A stretch of DNA of 64,000 nt from Myxococcales bacterium (GTDB taxonomy: Bacteria > Myxococcota_A > Polyangia > Polyangiales > JADJMO01), in the NCBI GenBank assembly GCA_016794445.1, contig JAEUKC010000105.1, positions 8,949-72,948 of the forward strand, written 5' to 3'. The first letter of the stretch is position 1. Every line of letters begins with the position of its first letter. The translations under genes were made by a program, and so were the position numbers. The notes below the pieces were generated by a model. That model worked only from the letters and a program-made list of their open reading frames with translations. It had not been told where the DNA came from and searched no databases. Shown in pieces: positions 20,001 through 29,072 of the stretch.

Positions 20001-20764
20001 CACAGCGCATCGAGGTCGGGAGGCACGGCGGCGGTCCGCTCTCGCGGGGAGCGCGCGGGATCTCGCTGCTTCTCGAGCAGGATGCGCATCGGAGGGCCGA
20101 CGAAGGGCAGCGTCCCGGTCAGCGCCTCGTAGAGGATGACCCCGAGCGAGTACCAGTCGCTCGCCTCGGTGAGACCGCTCCCCGCCCCTTGCTCGGGGGA
20201 CATGTACTCCGGCGTGCCGACGAGGCCAGGGTCGAAGACCTCACCCCCCTCGAGGCCGAGGCGCGACACGAGGCCGAAGTCCAGGACCACGACGCGCCCC
20301 TCCTCCGTGACGAGGACGTTCGAAGGCTTGAGGTCGCGGTGCAGCTTGCCGGAGGCGTGCAGCGCCGAGACGCCGTCGACGAGCTGGACCAGCGCCGATC
20401 GGAGGCGAGCCTCGTCGCACGCGAGACCCCCCTCGGACCTCGCCCCCGCCGTGACGTGACCGAGGAAGTCTTTGCCCTGGACCAGCTCCATCGTGAAGAA
20501 CAGGCGGTCGAGGTCGGCTTCGAGCTCGTACAGCGTGACCAGGTTGGGGTGGACGACGTCGGCCAGCGCTCGGAACTCGTTCTTGAACCGGTAGAGGTCT
20601 CTCGGCCCGAGGCGCCGCATCGTCTTGAGGGCGACCTGCGCGCCACGCGCGCGATCGAAGGCCTCGTAGACGACCCCCATGCCTCCTCGACCGAGCGGGC
20701 GGCGAATCTCGTAGCGACCGGCGAGGCAATCGCCGAGTGCGAACTCCAAGACCTCGTCGACCAT
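17075..20764 (-). CDS. Ser/Thr protein kinase fused to AAA_16-like ATPase and helical-repeat region
   Basis: Kinase motifs GRGGMGVV, VALK, HRDLKPSN, DFG and YMSPE. Walker A GRSGMGKS and Walker B LFIDDLQWAD. GGAGG SD upstream. Confidence 0.92.
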   Translation of the reverse strand: MVDEVLEFALGDCLAGRYEIRRPLGRGGMGVVYEAFDRARGAQVALKTMRRLGPRDLYRFKNEFRALADVVHPNLVTLYELEADLDRLFFTMELVQGKDFLGHVTAGARSEGGLACDEARLRSALVQLVDGVSALHASGKLHRDLKPSNVLVTEEGRVVVLDFGLVSRLGLEGGEVFDPGLVGTPEYMSPEQGAGSGLTEASDWYSLGVILYEALTGTLPFVGPPMRILLEKQRDPARSPRERTAAVPPDLDALCTRLLERSPSRRPSSAELRRLLSAAPSPTSPARPSHSAFVGRAPHLAELSRSFETALAGGCSVVHVRGRSGMGKSLLVQRFLDGLADPQPDTVVLAARCYERESVPYKALDGIVDALSVHLQRLPPAEVDVVLPLEIRALTRLFPVLKGIDAVAAVLSRRRDVADPQELRRRAASALRELLTRIAMRRPLVLFIDDLQWADADSAGLVEELLRPPDPPPLLLVASYRSEDAGSVFVAALRRAEEKGAIETREIEVGTLDPSDARELARALLGDTPEREAQAVAIAAESRGSPFFVDVLAQQADTRRGLAGSAASPRLEEVLDEQVRALSDDARRLLEVVAIAATPLSRTVAGIAAELTGEREATALAQLRAARLVRSSQVRDEYRLVTYHDRVRETVVARLDDRSRAETHRALAEALVETSSNDHEALVVHFDEGGEPTNAAAAAAVAAAKAAETLAFDRAAALFERALRHPALTTETEQELRLALAEALTNDGRDAEAAEVRLRMAGHASALEALELRRRAAEQFLVSGHFDRGYALLRSVLADVGERFPVSPLSVLFWVIVTRLQLVLRGLGFREAPERLDRVAIVRIDSLGAAAAGFAMTDNVRGAFFQTKNLLLSLDAGDPRRIARALSLEVCFTSAGGARTRARTFALLDAAKAIARRVDTPEAKALTDLAAGYASYMNGEWDDAKTAFVAAEEGFRDRCIDVNWLLSSTRTMLYRTLVLRGEIAELATRLPPVLRTAAIRGDEYAMANFRAIPLTMLHLAEDQPDAAAENLRRLEEELPRGVFHIQHYYVLLALLDLDLYVGEPRRGLERLRRASSALRRSLLLRVETVRVLQLDQHARCAIAAAAATDGSASTDLVARAANDARDIGRVGTPWTLALAPVLRAGVSAVRGDRAGTLAELVRADQALAATHMLLRAAAVRRRRGQLLGGDEGRRLVTEAEDALGRLGVRNVEAMTRLYTPGVERLVERA

Positions 20765-20844
20765 CGCACCTCCCGACCCCTCTGACGGAGCCGAGAGCCA
20801 GGATACTCGGCGCGACCCGGCGGCGTGAGTGATAGGTCAGCACC

Positions 20845-21519
20845 TCAGCAAGGAGCCAGCGCGGCGCGCAACACCTCGTCGAACATCGCCGGGGTGAGGC
20901 GCCCGGTCTGGGTGTTCTGCTGGCTCACGTGGTAGCTCCCGTGCAGCCAGTAGGGCCCGCACGGCACGGCCACGCCGTGGCCGAACTTCGGTCGCGGCGT
21001 CGGCAGCGCCACGCCCCGCCGCGCGAGGTGGTCGAGCACCGCGGAGAACGCGAGGGCGCCGAGCGCGAGGAATCGCCGTCGCCGGGGCAGCAGCGCGAGC
21101 TCGCGGTCGAAGAAGTCGCTGCACGTGTCGATCTCGTCCGCGAGCGGCGCGTTGTCCGGCGGCGCGCAGCGCACGGGACAGAGGACGTAGGCCCCGCGTA
21201 GCGCGAGCCCGTCGCCGCACCCTGAGCTCTCGGCCTGGTTCGCGAGGCCCGCGCGGTGGAGCGCGGCGTAGAGGAAATCCCCCGAGCGATCGCCCGTGAA
21301 CACGCGGCCCGTGCGGTTCGCGCCGTGCGCGCCAGGGGCGAGGCCGACGAGGATCAGTGGGGCGCGACGGTCTCCGAAGCCGGCGACCGGGCGGCCCCAG
21401 TAGGCCTCGTCGCGGTAGGCGCGCCGCTTCTCGATCGCCACGGACTCGCGGTGCTCGACGAGCCGCGGGCACCTCCGGCACGCGTGGATCTCGTCGCGCA
21501 ACACGGCGAGGCGGGTCAC
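20845..21519 (-). CDS. Uracil-DNA glycosylase family 5 (UdgB-like, Fe-S)
   Basis: Motifs CRRCPRL, GLAPGAHGANRTGRVFTGD, VRCAPPDN and YHVSQQN. The GTG start overlaps the upstream stop. Confidence 0.9.
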   Translation of the reverse strand: MTRLAVLRDEIHACRRCPRLVEHRESVAIEKRRAYRDEAYWGRPVAGFGDRRAPLILVGLAPGAHGANRTGRVFTGDRSGDFLYAALHRAGLANQAESSGCGDGLALRGAYVLCPVRCAPPDNAPLADEIDTCSDFFDRELALLPRRRRFLALGALAFSAVLDHLARRGVALPTPRPKFGHGVAVPCGPYWLHGSYHVSQQNTQTGRLTPAMFDEVLRAALAPC

Positions 21520-24500
21520 GGGTCCTCGAGCCCCCGATCGGCCTTGGGCGGCGGCAGATCCGCGACCCGCGGGATCAGCGCGACGCCCCGCACCTTCGCC
21601 GTGGAGAGCCACTGGATCGTGAGGGGCCCGATGGGGCGGGCCGGCAGCTCCGCGACCGGACCGGCGGCCGTCGTCTGCACCGGCACCTTCACGCCGTCGA
21701 TCGTGAGCTCGACCGCGGTGCCGGGGGGCACGCCGAGGACCAGCACGCGCCACGCCCCGGCCTTGCCGATCGTGGCGACGAGCTTGCCCTGCACGACCGG
21801 CTCGGGGGCGCGCACCATCCACGGCACCGCGCGCCCCGTGAGCAGCGTGAGCAGCGTGTCTCCGCCGCCCGGTGGCAGCTCCGGCACCCCGAGGAAGCGG
21901 ACCACGTGGGGGAGCGCGGCGTCCCCTGCCCCGAGCTTCGCGAGCGCCTGCGCGAGCGGCATGCGCGCGTCGAGGTGTCGCTCTCCGGCGAGGCGCTGCA
22001 AGAGGGCCGGCGCCGCGCCGGTGTCGGCGAGCGCACCGAGGGCCTCGGCGGCCGCCGCGCGGAGTCGAACGTCGTCGAGGGCGGCGACCAGCACCGGCGT
22101 CGCCTTGCGGCCGAGCAGCGGCTGCCCCCGCCCGAGCCTCGCGAGGCCACGGATCGACGCGCGGGCGAGCACGCCGTCTCCCCGCACCTCGACCAGCAGC
22201 GCGAGCAGCCGATCGAACGCGACCGGCATCGCGGCGACGGGCACGACGGCCGCCTCCGAGGCCGCGAGGGCCGCGAACCGGGAGAGCGCGTCGTCCTCGG
22301 CGATGAGCGCCGGCAGTCGGGCGGCCTCGGCCGATTTCGGGTCGGTGCGCACCGCGGCGACGGTGAGCCAGCCGCGCACGAGGGCGTCCTTCTCGAGGCC
22401 GAGCGCGCGCACCACGTGCGGCGAGGTCTCGGTCCGCGCGAGGCGCGCGAGGGCCTCGGCGGCGCGCCGACGGAAGGCCACGTCGACGTCGTCGAGCAGC
22501 GGCGCGACCTCGATCGCGGCGTCGGCGTCGCCGGAGAACGCGCGGCGCAACGGCTCGGGCCAGCCGACCCCTCCGAGCCCCTCGAGCGCCGCGCTCGCCG
22601 CGAGCAGCGCCGACGTCTGCTTGCGGAGCGCGGCGACACGCGCGGGGTCGGTGATCGGCTGCAGCTGGAGAGGATCGCGATCGAGGTCGTAGAGGGCACA
22701 GGTGGAGAGCACGCGGTTGCAGAGGAGGCGCTGCGCGCCCCGCGCGAACATGGTCTGGTCCTCGACCTCGGCGAACGCGAGCCCCTCGCCGAGGGTGGGC
22801 TCGGCGACCGCCAGCAGGTGCCCGAGGTCGCGCCCGCGCACGCGGGGCGGGCGCGGGATCCCGTAGGCCGAGAGCGCCGTCGGGAGCAGATCCACGAGCT
22901 GCACCGGCTCGCGGACCCGCCTACCCTTGGCGACGAGCCCGGGCGCAGACACGATCAGCGGCACGCGCACCTGCTCCTCGTAGACCGTGGTGCCGTGGTA
23001 GCGCGCGCCGTGCTCCCCGAAGGCCTCCCCGTGGTCGGCCGAGACGATCACCATCGCCGTGGGGCGCGCGGCGCGGAACGCCGCCACCATGCGCCCGATG
23101 CCGGCGTCGGCCTCGGCGACCTCGCTGTCGTAGCGGTCGACGTCGCCCTCGCCGAACGGGTGGTCGGGGTGGGTGACGTAGGGCTCGTGCGGCTCGAACA
23201 GGTGCACCCACACGAAGAGCGGCTTGTCCTTCGGGGCGCTGGCGAGGTAGCCGGCGAGCTGCGAGGCGCGCAGCGGGGGCGTCGCGAACTCGACCTTGGC
23301 GTACTCGAAGTCGAGCCCCCGCTTCGCGAGGTCGCCGAATCGCTCCGCGTCGACGTGGTAAATGGCCGGCGGGTAGAAGGCCGCCGTGCGGAACCCGTAG
23401 GCGCGGAACAGCCCGGCCCACGTCTCGTCCGGTCGGCGCGCGCTCCCCGTCGCCCCCGCGAGCGACAGCACCGGGCGCAGGTATTTGCCGGTCATGAGCG
23501 AGGAGATCGCGTACGACGTGTGGGGCGTCGGCGTGTACGCGCGCTCGAACAGCACGCCCTCGCGGGCCAGCGCGTCCAGGGTCGGCGTGGTCTTGCGGGG
23601 ATAGCCGTAGCAGCCGAGGTGATCGGCGCGCAGCGCATCGACGGTGACGAGCAGCAGATCGCGGCCTCCGGCGTGCAGGGCGCGGGTGCTCGCGGCGACC
23701 GCGAGGGGATCGGGGGCGCCCTCGTCGTCGATGGGCCGTGGCGGCCATCGCTTGACGGCGAGCGCCGCCACGCGGCCCAGCATCAGGCTCCGTTCGTCGA
23801 CCACGCGGCGCGCGTTGTCGAAGCGCGCGAGCTCCTCGCCCGCCTTCGGGGCGTAGCGGAGCGCGACCGTCATCCACGCGAGCGCCGCGGCCGCGAGGAG
23901 CTCGAGCGCGGTGAGTGCGCGGCGACCGAGGCCGAGCCACGCGCCGATCACCCCGTCGACCGCGATCAGGAGGCCGCCGAGCGCGACGAGCACGAGCGTG
24001 AGGTGGAAGACCGGGTAGAGTCGGGGCAGCACGCGGGCATCGACGACCAGCGCGGCGCCGACGACGACCACCCCGAGGGCGAGGCCGAGCCACGGTCGGG
24101 GCGCGAGCGACCGCCGCACCTCCCGCGCGGCGAACCAGGTGAGGAGCCCGGCGACGAACACGAGGCAGAGCACGAACGGCAGTCGCACCTCGAGGGCCCG
24201 GGCCTTGCGACCGGTCGAGAGCGCGAGCCCGAGCCACACCGCGCCCGTGGTGGAGAGCAGGGTCCAGGCGACGCGGCCGCTGCGCCGCTCGAGGAGCGAC
24301 AGGAACGCCGAGAACGCCGACAGCACCAGCAGGCCGGGCAACAGCACCGCGAACGCGAGGGTGGGCGCGCCGACCGCCACGACCGCGGCGTCCCACTCCC
24401 CGGCGATCTCGGCGCCCGCGGCGCGCAGGGTGCGCAGCCCCTCGAGCCGGAGGAGCTGCTGCAGGATCAGCGCGGCGAGCGCGAATCGCAGGACGGCGCG

Positions 24501-24566
24501 ATGCGCCCCCTCCGGCACGGGCGGCGAGGGCATGGGCGGTGGGCGAAAGCTCCTGCGCTCTTGCAT
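21516..24566 (-). CDS. Multi-TM sulfatase/alkaline-phosphatase-superfamily protein with HEAT repeats
   Basis: N-terminal TM helices, then VTVDALRADHL, HLFEPHEPY, SADHGEAFGEHG and HGTTVYEEQVRVP. C-terminal RxxAAxALxxL repeats. Confidence 0.82.
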   Translation of the reverse strand: MQERRSFRPPPMPSPPVPEGAHRAVLRFALAALILQQLLRLEGLRTLRAAGAEIAGEWDAAVVAVGAPTLAFAVLLPGLLVLSAFSAFLSLLERRSGRVAWTLLSTTGAVWLGLALSTGRKARALEVRLPFVLCLVFVAGLLTWFAAREVRRSLAPRPWLGLALGVVVVGAALVVDARVLPRLYPVFHLTLVLVALGGLLIAVDGVIGAWLGLGRRALTALELLAAAALAWMTVALRYAPKAGEELARFDNARRVVDERSLMLGRVAALAVKRWPPRPIDDEGAPDPLAVAASTRALHAGGRDLLLVTVDALRADHLGCYGYPRKTTPTLDALAREGVLFERAYTPTPHTSYAISSLMTGKYLRPVLSLAGATGSARRPDETWAGLFRAYGFRTAAFYPPAIYHVDAERFGDLAKRGLDFEYAKVEFATPPLRASQLAGYLASAPKDKPLFVWVHLFEPHEPYVTHPDHPFGEGDVDRYDSEVAEADAGIGRMVAAFRAARPTAMVIVSADHGEAFGEHGARYHGTTVYEEQVRVPLIVSAPGLVAKGRRVREPVQLVDLLPTALSAYGIPRPPRVRGRDLGHLLAVAEPTLGEGLAFAEVEDQTMFARGAQRLLCNRVLSTCALYDLDRDPLQLQPITDPARVAALRKQTSALLAASAALEGLGGVGWPEPLRRAFSGDADAAIEVAPLLDDVDVAFRRRAAEALARLARTETSPHVVRALGLEKDALVRGWLTVAAVRTDPKSAEAARLPALIAEDDALSRFAALAASEAAVVPVAAMPVAFDRLLALLVEVRGDGVLARASIRGLARLGRGQPLLGRKATPVLVAALDDVRLRAAAAEALGALADTGAAPALLQRLAGERHLDARMPLAQALAKLGAGDAALPHVVRFLGVPELPPGGGDTLLTLLTGRAVPWMVRAPEPVVQGKLVATIGKAGAWRVLVLGVPPGTAVELTIDGVKVPVQTTAAGPVAELPARPIGPLTIQWLSTAKVRGVALIPRVADLPPPKADRGLEDP

Positions 24567-24635
24567 CAGCCTCGCCCCCGGACAGAGCGCGAACGGTCGA
24601 GCAGCGCGGGCACCGCGAACGCAGCCTCCGGCCGT

Positions 24636-25130
24636 TCAGACGAACTCGAGCGACAGGATCTCGTAGACGCGCACGCCCGCCGGCATGCGGACGGTGATCT
24701 CGTCGCCCACCTCGCGCCCGAGCAGGGCCTTGCCGAGAGGTGCCGTCACCGCGATCGTGCCCTTGGCGAGGTCGGCCTCGTCGGCGCCGACGAGCTTGTA
24801 CACGACGTCTTCTTCGAGCTGCTTGCCCTTGTCGTCGCTGATCGCGAGGTGGATCGTGGCGCCGAACGCCACCTTGGACTGCCCCGCGAGCGCCTTCGGG
24901 TCGATGACCTCGGCGCGCGACAGCTTGTCTTCGAGCTCCTTGATGCGGCCCTCGATGAAGCCCTGCTTCTCCTTGGCCGCGTGGTACTCGGCGTTCTCGG
25001 AGAGGTCGCCGTGGTCACGCGCCGTGGCGATGTCCTGGATGGTCTTCGGCCGATCGACGTGGCGGAGGCGCTTGAGCTCCTCCTGGAGCCGCTGCTGCCC
25101 CTCGGGGGTCATGGGGACCTTGATGGTCAT
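24636..25130 (-). CDS. greA: Transcription elongation factor GreA
   Basis: Motifs ARDHGDLSENAEYHAAKEKQ and APLGKALLG. Confidence 0.96.
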   Translation of the reverse strand: MTIKVPMTPEGQQRLQEELKRLRHVDRPKTIQDIATARDHGDLSENAEYHAAKEKQGFIEGRIKELEDKLSRAEVIDPKALAGQSKVAFGATIHLAISDDKGKQLEEDVVYKLVGADEADLAKGTIAVTAPLGKALLGREVGDEITVRMPAGVRVYEILSLEFV

Positions 25131-25200
25131 GGCCGTGCCTCGCGGGTCATGGGGGTTGAGTATCACACTTCGGCGTCGGCCCGCGATCGCTAGACTCGGC

Positions 25201-26559
25201 TCAGCGCGCGCCGCGGACCCGCTGGACGTCGGCCTTCGACGGATTGAGCACCACGAGGCCGTGATCGCCGTCGACCAGCGCGAGGTCTCCGTCGGTCGCC
25301 CAGCGAAACAGGCCCTGGACGCCCGTGACGCAGGGCACGCCCAGGAGGGCCGCGAGGGCCCGCGTGCGCGCCCCGGAGCCCGCGTCGCCGAGGGCGATGC
25401 CCGACGGCCGGTGCCGCGCGGTCACGAGGAGATCGTAGACCGTGAGGCGGTCGCCGATGAGCACCGCGCGCGACGGCAGGTCGGCGCGTGGATCGGCGGC
25501 CGTCATCATCACGATGGCGTCGCACAGATCTTCGACGTCGCGCGCGCGCCGCTCGCTGAAAGGGTCGCCGGTGAGCCGCGCCGCCCGGGTGACCTCGCGG
25601 GCGACCTCGGCCATCCCGCCGCCGACCGAGCGCTTGAGCGAGACGAGCTCGAGGGCGCGCTCGCGGAAGCGGCCATCGTCGAGGATCTGCACGTAGGTCG
25701 CGAGGAACTCGCCCTCCTCGGCGAGGCCGAGCTTCTCGGCCTGGTGGGAGAGCGCGTGCACGGCTCGACCGGCGGCGTCGAACGCGGGCTCGAGGAGGCG
25801 CGCGAGCTCGGCGCCGGTCTCGCCGTCGTGGTGGGGACGCGTGGCTGGCCGGCGCAAGGCCGCGACGGCGCCGACCGCGCGCCCGGGCACGATGGGACGA
25901 CCAGGCAACGTGACGCGCCGGGTGCCGCCGCCGGGACCGCGCACCACGGGCTGCTCGCGCAGCTGGTCGAGGAGCTCGGCGCGCAGGATGCCGTGGGCCA
26001 GCGAGGCCGCGAGGGCGACCACGAGCTCGACGTCGCGCGACTCGAACGGTCGGCCCGGCTCGCGCTGGACGGCGATCGCGCCGAGGGGGCCCTCGGGCCC
26101 CAGCACCGGCGCCGCGAGGAACACCGGAAAACGCTCCTCGCCGAGCTGCTCGAAGTGCCGATAGGCGTTGTGCCCCTCGGCCTCGGCCACGCTGATGGGG
26201 CGCCCGAGGCTCACGGCCATGCCGGTGATGCCCTGCCCCACGTCGAGCCGGATCTCGCCGAGCGCCATCGCAGGGAACCCCACGTTGCCGCGCATCACGA
26301 GCTCGTACGGCGAGTGGACCTCGGGCATGCGCGCCTCGCGGTCGGAGGGCCGCTCGGCCTCGTCGTTCTGCGCAGGCTCGAGCAGGTAGAGCGAGCACAC
26401 CGGCGCGTGGAAGATGTCGGCGATGCGCGCCGGGGCCTCGTCCAGGAACGACGACAGCGCGAGCGAGCGCGCCGCGAAGCCGACGAAATCGACGACGGCA
26501 TCCAGCCGCGCGTCGCCACGACCGTGGATGACCGGTCCGGGCCCGGGCGTCTCCTGCAC
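25201..26559 (-). CDS. PtsP (EI-Ntr)-like GAF + PEP-utiliser N-terminal/swivel domains, lacking phospho-His and PEP-binding domain
   Basis: GAF motifs VCSLYL, GQGITG and [14 protein letters not shown] helical motif [14 protein letters not shown]. Swivel domain [10 protein letters not shown]...[12 protein letters not shown], followed shortly by the stop. Confidence 0.8.
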   Translation of the reverse strand: MQETPGPGPVIHGRGDARLDAVVDFVGFAARSLALSSFLDEAPARIADIFHAPVCSLYLLEPAQNDEAERPSDREARMPEVHSPYELVMRGNVGFPAMALGEIRLDVGQGITGMAVSLGRPISVAEAEGHNAYRHFEQLGEERFPVFLAAPVLGPEGPLGAIAVQREPGRPFESRDVELVVALAASLAHGILRAELLDQLREQPVVRGPGGGTRRVTLPGRPIVPGRAVGAVAALRRPATRPHHDGETGAELARLLEPAFDAAGRAVHALSHQAEKLGLAEEGEFLATYVQILDDGRFRERALELVSLKRSVGGGMAEVAREVTRAARLTGDPFSERRARDVEDLCDAIVMMTAADPRADLPSRAVLIGDRLTVYDLLVTARHRPSGIALGDAGSGARTRALAALLGVPCVTGVQGLFRWATDGDLALVDGDHGLVVLNPSKADVQRVRGAR

Positions 26560-26609
26560 CGGCCATCGATAGCATCGACGGCCCGTTCTGCACACGCTAC
26601 CCGCGCCCC

Positions 26610-27383
26610 GTGCTCGACGACCTCACCCGCCCTCCCCCGCCTCCGATCCCGGGCCTGCGCTACCGCCGGGTCCTGCTGAAGCTCTCCGGGGAGGCGCTCT
26701 GCAACCCGGACGGCAACAAGGAGGCGTTCGGCATCCAGCCCGACACCCTGCGCGCCATCGCCGAGGAGCTCGCCGAGGTCCACCGCCTCGGGGTGCAGCT
26801 CGGCCTCGTCATCGGCGGCGGCAACATCTTCCGCGGCCTCAAGGGCTCGGCGCAGGGCATGGACCGCGCGCAGAGCGACTACGTGGGCATGCTCGCCACG
26901 GTGATGAACTCGCTCGCCCTGCAGGACGCGCTCGAGCGCTGCGGCGTCCCGACGCGGGTGATGACCGCCCTCGAGATGCGCCAGGTCGCCGAGCCGTACA
27001 TCCGCCGGCGCGCCGTGCGCCACCTCGAGAAGGGGCGCTGCGTGATCTTCGCGGCCGGCACCGGGAACCCCTATTTCTCCACCGACACCGCCGCCGCGCT
27101 GCGCGCGATGGAGATCCACGCCGACGCGCTCTTCAAGGCCACCAAGGTGGACGGCATCTACGACGCCGACCCGATGAAGCACCCCGAGGCGAAGATGATC
27201 GCCGACCTCAGCTACGACCGCTTCCTCGCCGACCGCATCGGGGTCATGGACGGCACGGCCGTCACCCTCTGCCGCGACAACAAGCTCCCCATCCGCGTGT
27301 TCAAGCTCTCCACCAAGGGCAACATCCAGCGCGTGGTGGTGGGCGAGGAGATCGGCACCGTCATCCGCGACCCGGTGAAGTAA
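26610..27383 (+). CDS. pyrH: UMP kinase
   Basis: Motifs [38 protein letters not shown] and [11 protein letters not shown]. Confidence 0.96.
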   Translation: MLDDLTRPPPPPIPGLRYRRVLLKLSGEALCNPDGNKEAFGIQPDTLRAIAEELAEVHRLGVQLGLVIGGGNIFRGLKGSAQGMDRAQSDYVGMLATVMNSLALQDALERCGVPTRVMTALEMRQVAEPYIRRRAVRHLEKGRCVIFAAGTGNPYFSTDTAAALRAMEIHADALFKATKVDGIYDADPMKHPEAKMIADLSYDRFLADRIGVMDGTAVTLCRDNKLPIRVFKLSTKGNIQRVVVGEEIGTVIRDPVK

Positions 27384-27415
27384 GGCCCGCGCGGTCCGGC
27401 GCTATCCTCACGTCC

Positions 27416-27967
27416 GTGTCGCAGAACGTCTTCGCGCTCCACCCGAGGGGCCACGATCAGGTCGTCGACGGGCCGATGGTGGACGGATGGCTCGTCGAGC
27501 TCGGGCTCGCGGGCCCTTCACGGTTGGGGCCTCGGTTCGCCGTCTGGCTCCGTTGCGGCGAGCTGACGGCCGGGCAAATCCAGGCGGCCATCGATCGACC
27601 CGACGGCTCGCCGCTGGCCAACACCTTCACGACGCGCTGGGAGCCGACGACCACCCACGCAGAACCCGTCGTCCGGGTCGGCTGCGAGACGGCGACGCCA
27701 CTATGTCCCTGCGGCGCGCTCACCACCGACGACTGGCCCGATCTCCTCGACCGCTGGTGGCACGACCGACATCACCGGTGGGTCTGCGCGTGCGGCCGGA
27801 CCACGCCCGTCCCCTCGCTCGACTTCCAGCACACGCTCGGGTTTGCGCGCGCCTTCGTCGAGCTGCCGCATGGCCTCGCGCCGGACCTGCGTCCGACATC
27901 CACGCTGCTCGCCGAGCTCGCGCGACGGAGCGGAATGCCCTGGACCTGGACCTGGGTGCGGCGCTGA
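27416..27967 (+). CDS. Hypothetical protein, possible zinc ribbon
   Basis: CPCG and WVCACG knuckles. A TATCCT box lies 7 nt upstream of the GTG. Confidence 0.55.
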   Translation: MSQNVFALHPRGHDQVVDGPMVDGWLVELGLAGPSRLGPRFAVWLRCGELTAGQIQAAIDRPDGSPLANTFTTRWEPTTTHAEPVVRVGCETATPLCPCGALTTDDWPDLLDRWWHDRHHRWVCACGRTTPVPSLDFQHTLGFARAFVELPHGLAPDLRPTSTLLAELARRSGMPWTWTWVRR

Positions 27968-27977
27968 GCGGCGTATC

Positions 27978-29072
27978 TCACTCCGCCGCGGCGCGCTTGC
28001 GGGCGAGCTGGGCCCGGATCTGCGGCCAGCGGCGCACGAAGGCCACGAGCAGCATGGTGAGCGCCAGCGCCCACACGATCCACAGCGTGTGCACCGTGTA
28101 CTTGAAGACGAAGGTGCCGGTGCTGGTGGGCGAGATGCGCTCGGGCAGCGCGTGTCGGTGGTGTAGGGCCAGGAAGTCCATGAGGATCGCCACCGTGATG
28201 TGCACGAGGAACCCGGCGTAGATGCTGCGGGTCTTCATGGAGAGCGAGCCGAGCACCGTGCCCGCGACGATGGCGCCGCACGCCTCGAGGTAGGGCTTGC
28301 CGTAGTGGATCATGCAGTACGGCACGACCATGCACAGGATGGCGCCGGCGCCGAACCCGCGGCACGCGCGCACCCACCAGCCGCGGAAGAAGATCTCGAG
28401 CGCGAAGAACTGCCCGATGTAGAACACCTCCCACATCCCGAAATCGAGCCAGGACCGCGAGGCCTGCTTGTAGAACGGGTAGTAGGTGCCGAAGTCGGGC
28501 TGCTTCGCCACCGTGATCATCACCGGGATCATGATCGCGACGAACATCGCGTAGATCCACGCGTGCTCGAGGAACCCCTTGGTGCGCAGGCCGAAGTCGA
28601 GGATCGAGTCTTTCCAGAACACCGCGCGCCACAGCACGAGCGGCGCGAGGTAGCCGCCGATGCGGGTGACCGCCCAGAAGATGAGCCGGTAGAGCTCCTC
28701 GTAGCGAGGGAAGTTGACCATCCCGCCGGGGTGGGTCGCCTCGTACTTGCGGAGGTTCTCGACGATCACCGTCTGGTAGAACGCCTGGTTGGAGCCGCCG
28801 TAGTACTCCTGGAGCGTGAGGATGACCGCGCCGAGCCCGAGGGCGATCAGCGGCCGGTAGTCGACCTCGCTGCCGGCCTCGCGCAGGCGCTCCCGGTAGG
28901 CGACCGCCTCGCGATCGAGCTCCTTCCACGTGCTGCGGAAGAACAGCCAGATGAGCGGCGCGAGCGCCAGCAAGAGCGGCAGCGGCACCGCCCACTTCAC
29001 GTGCGGCTGCTCGAGCCACGCCATGAAGCCCTTGGGCGCCTCCGGCGCGACGAGGAGGTCGGGCGTGATCAC
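27978..29072 (-). CDS. CPBP (Abi/Rce1-like) glutamic intramembrane protease
   Basis: Motifs ALEIFFRG, YCMIHYGKP and GFLVH, with multiple TM helices. The GTG overlaps the gltX stop. Confidence 0.85.
   Translation of the reverse strand: MITPDLLVAPEAPKGFMAWLEQPHVKWAVPLPLLLALAPLIWLFFRSTWKELDREAVAYRERLREAGSEVDYRPLIALGLGAVILTLQEYYGGSNQAFYQTVIVENLRKYEATHPGGMVNFPRYEELYRLIFWAVTRIGGYLAPLVLWRAVFWKDSILDFGLRTKGFLEHAWIYAMFVAIMIPVMITVAKQPDFGTYYPFYKQASRSWLDFGMWEVFYIGQFFALEIFFRGWWVRACRGFGAGAILCMVVPYCMIHYGKPYLEACGAIVAGTVLGSLSMKTRSIYAGFLVHITVAILMDFLALHHRHALPERISPTSTGTFVFKYTVHTLWIVWALALTMLLVAFVRRWPQIRAQLARKRAAAE

Noticed and set aside
16537-20764. Integrated prophage/ICE at tRNA-Lys
   Set aside because: No integrase, no phage or conjugation genes, and I saw no duplicated tRNA 3' end.
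21357-25193. 1278-aa plus-strand ORF and similar long overlapping ORFs (e.g. 4380-6665, 35365-38070, 38052-40112, 55883-57760)
   Set aside because: These are antisense or frame shadows of real genes, caused by stop-codon scarcity in high-GC DNA. They contain no protein motifs.
27978-29072. Calling the CPBP protease a myxosortase
   Set aside because: The family motifs do not resolve the subfamily by eye, and no MYXO-CTERM-tailed substrate was seen in the window.
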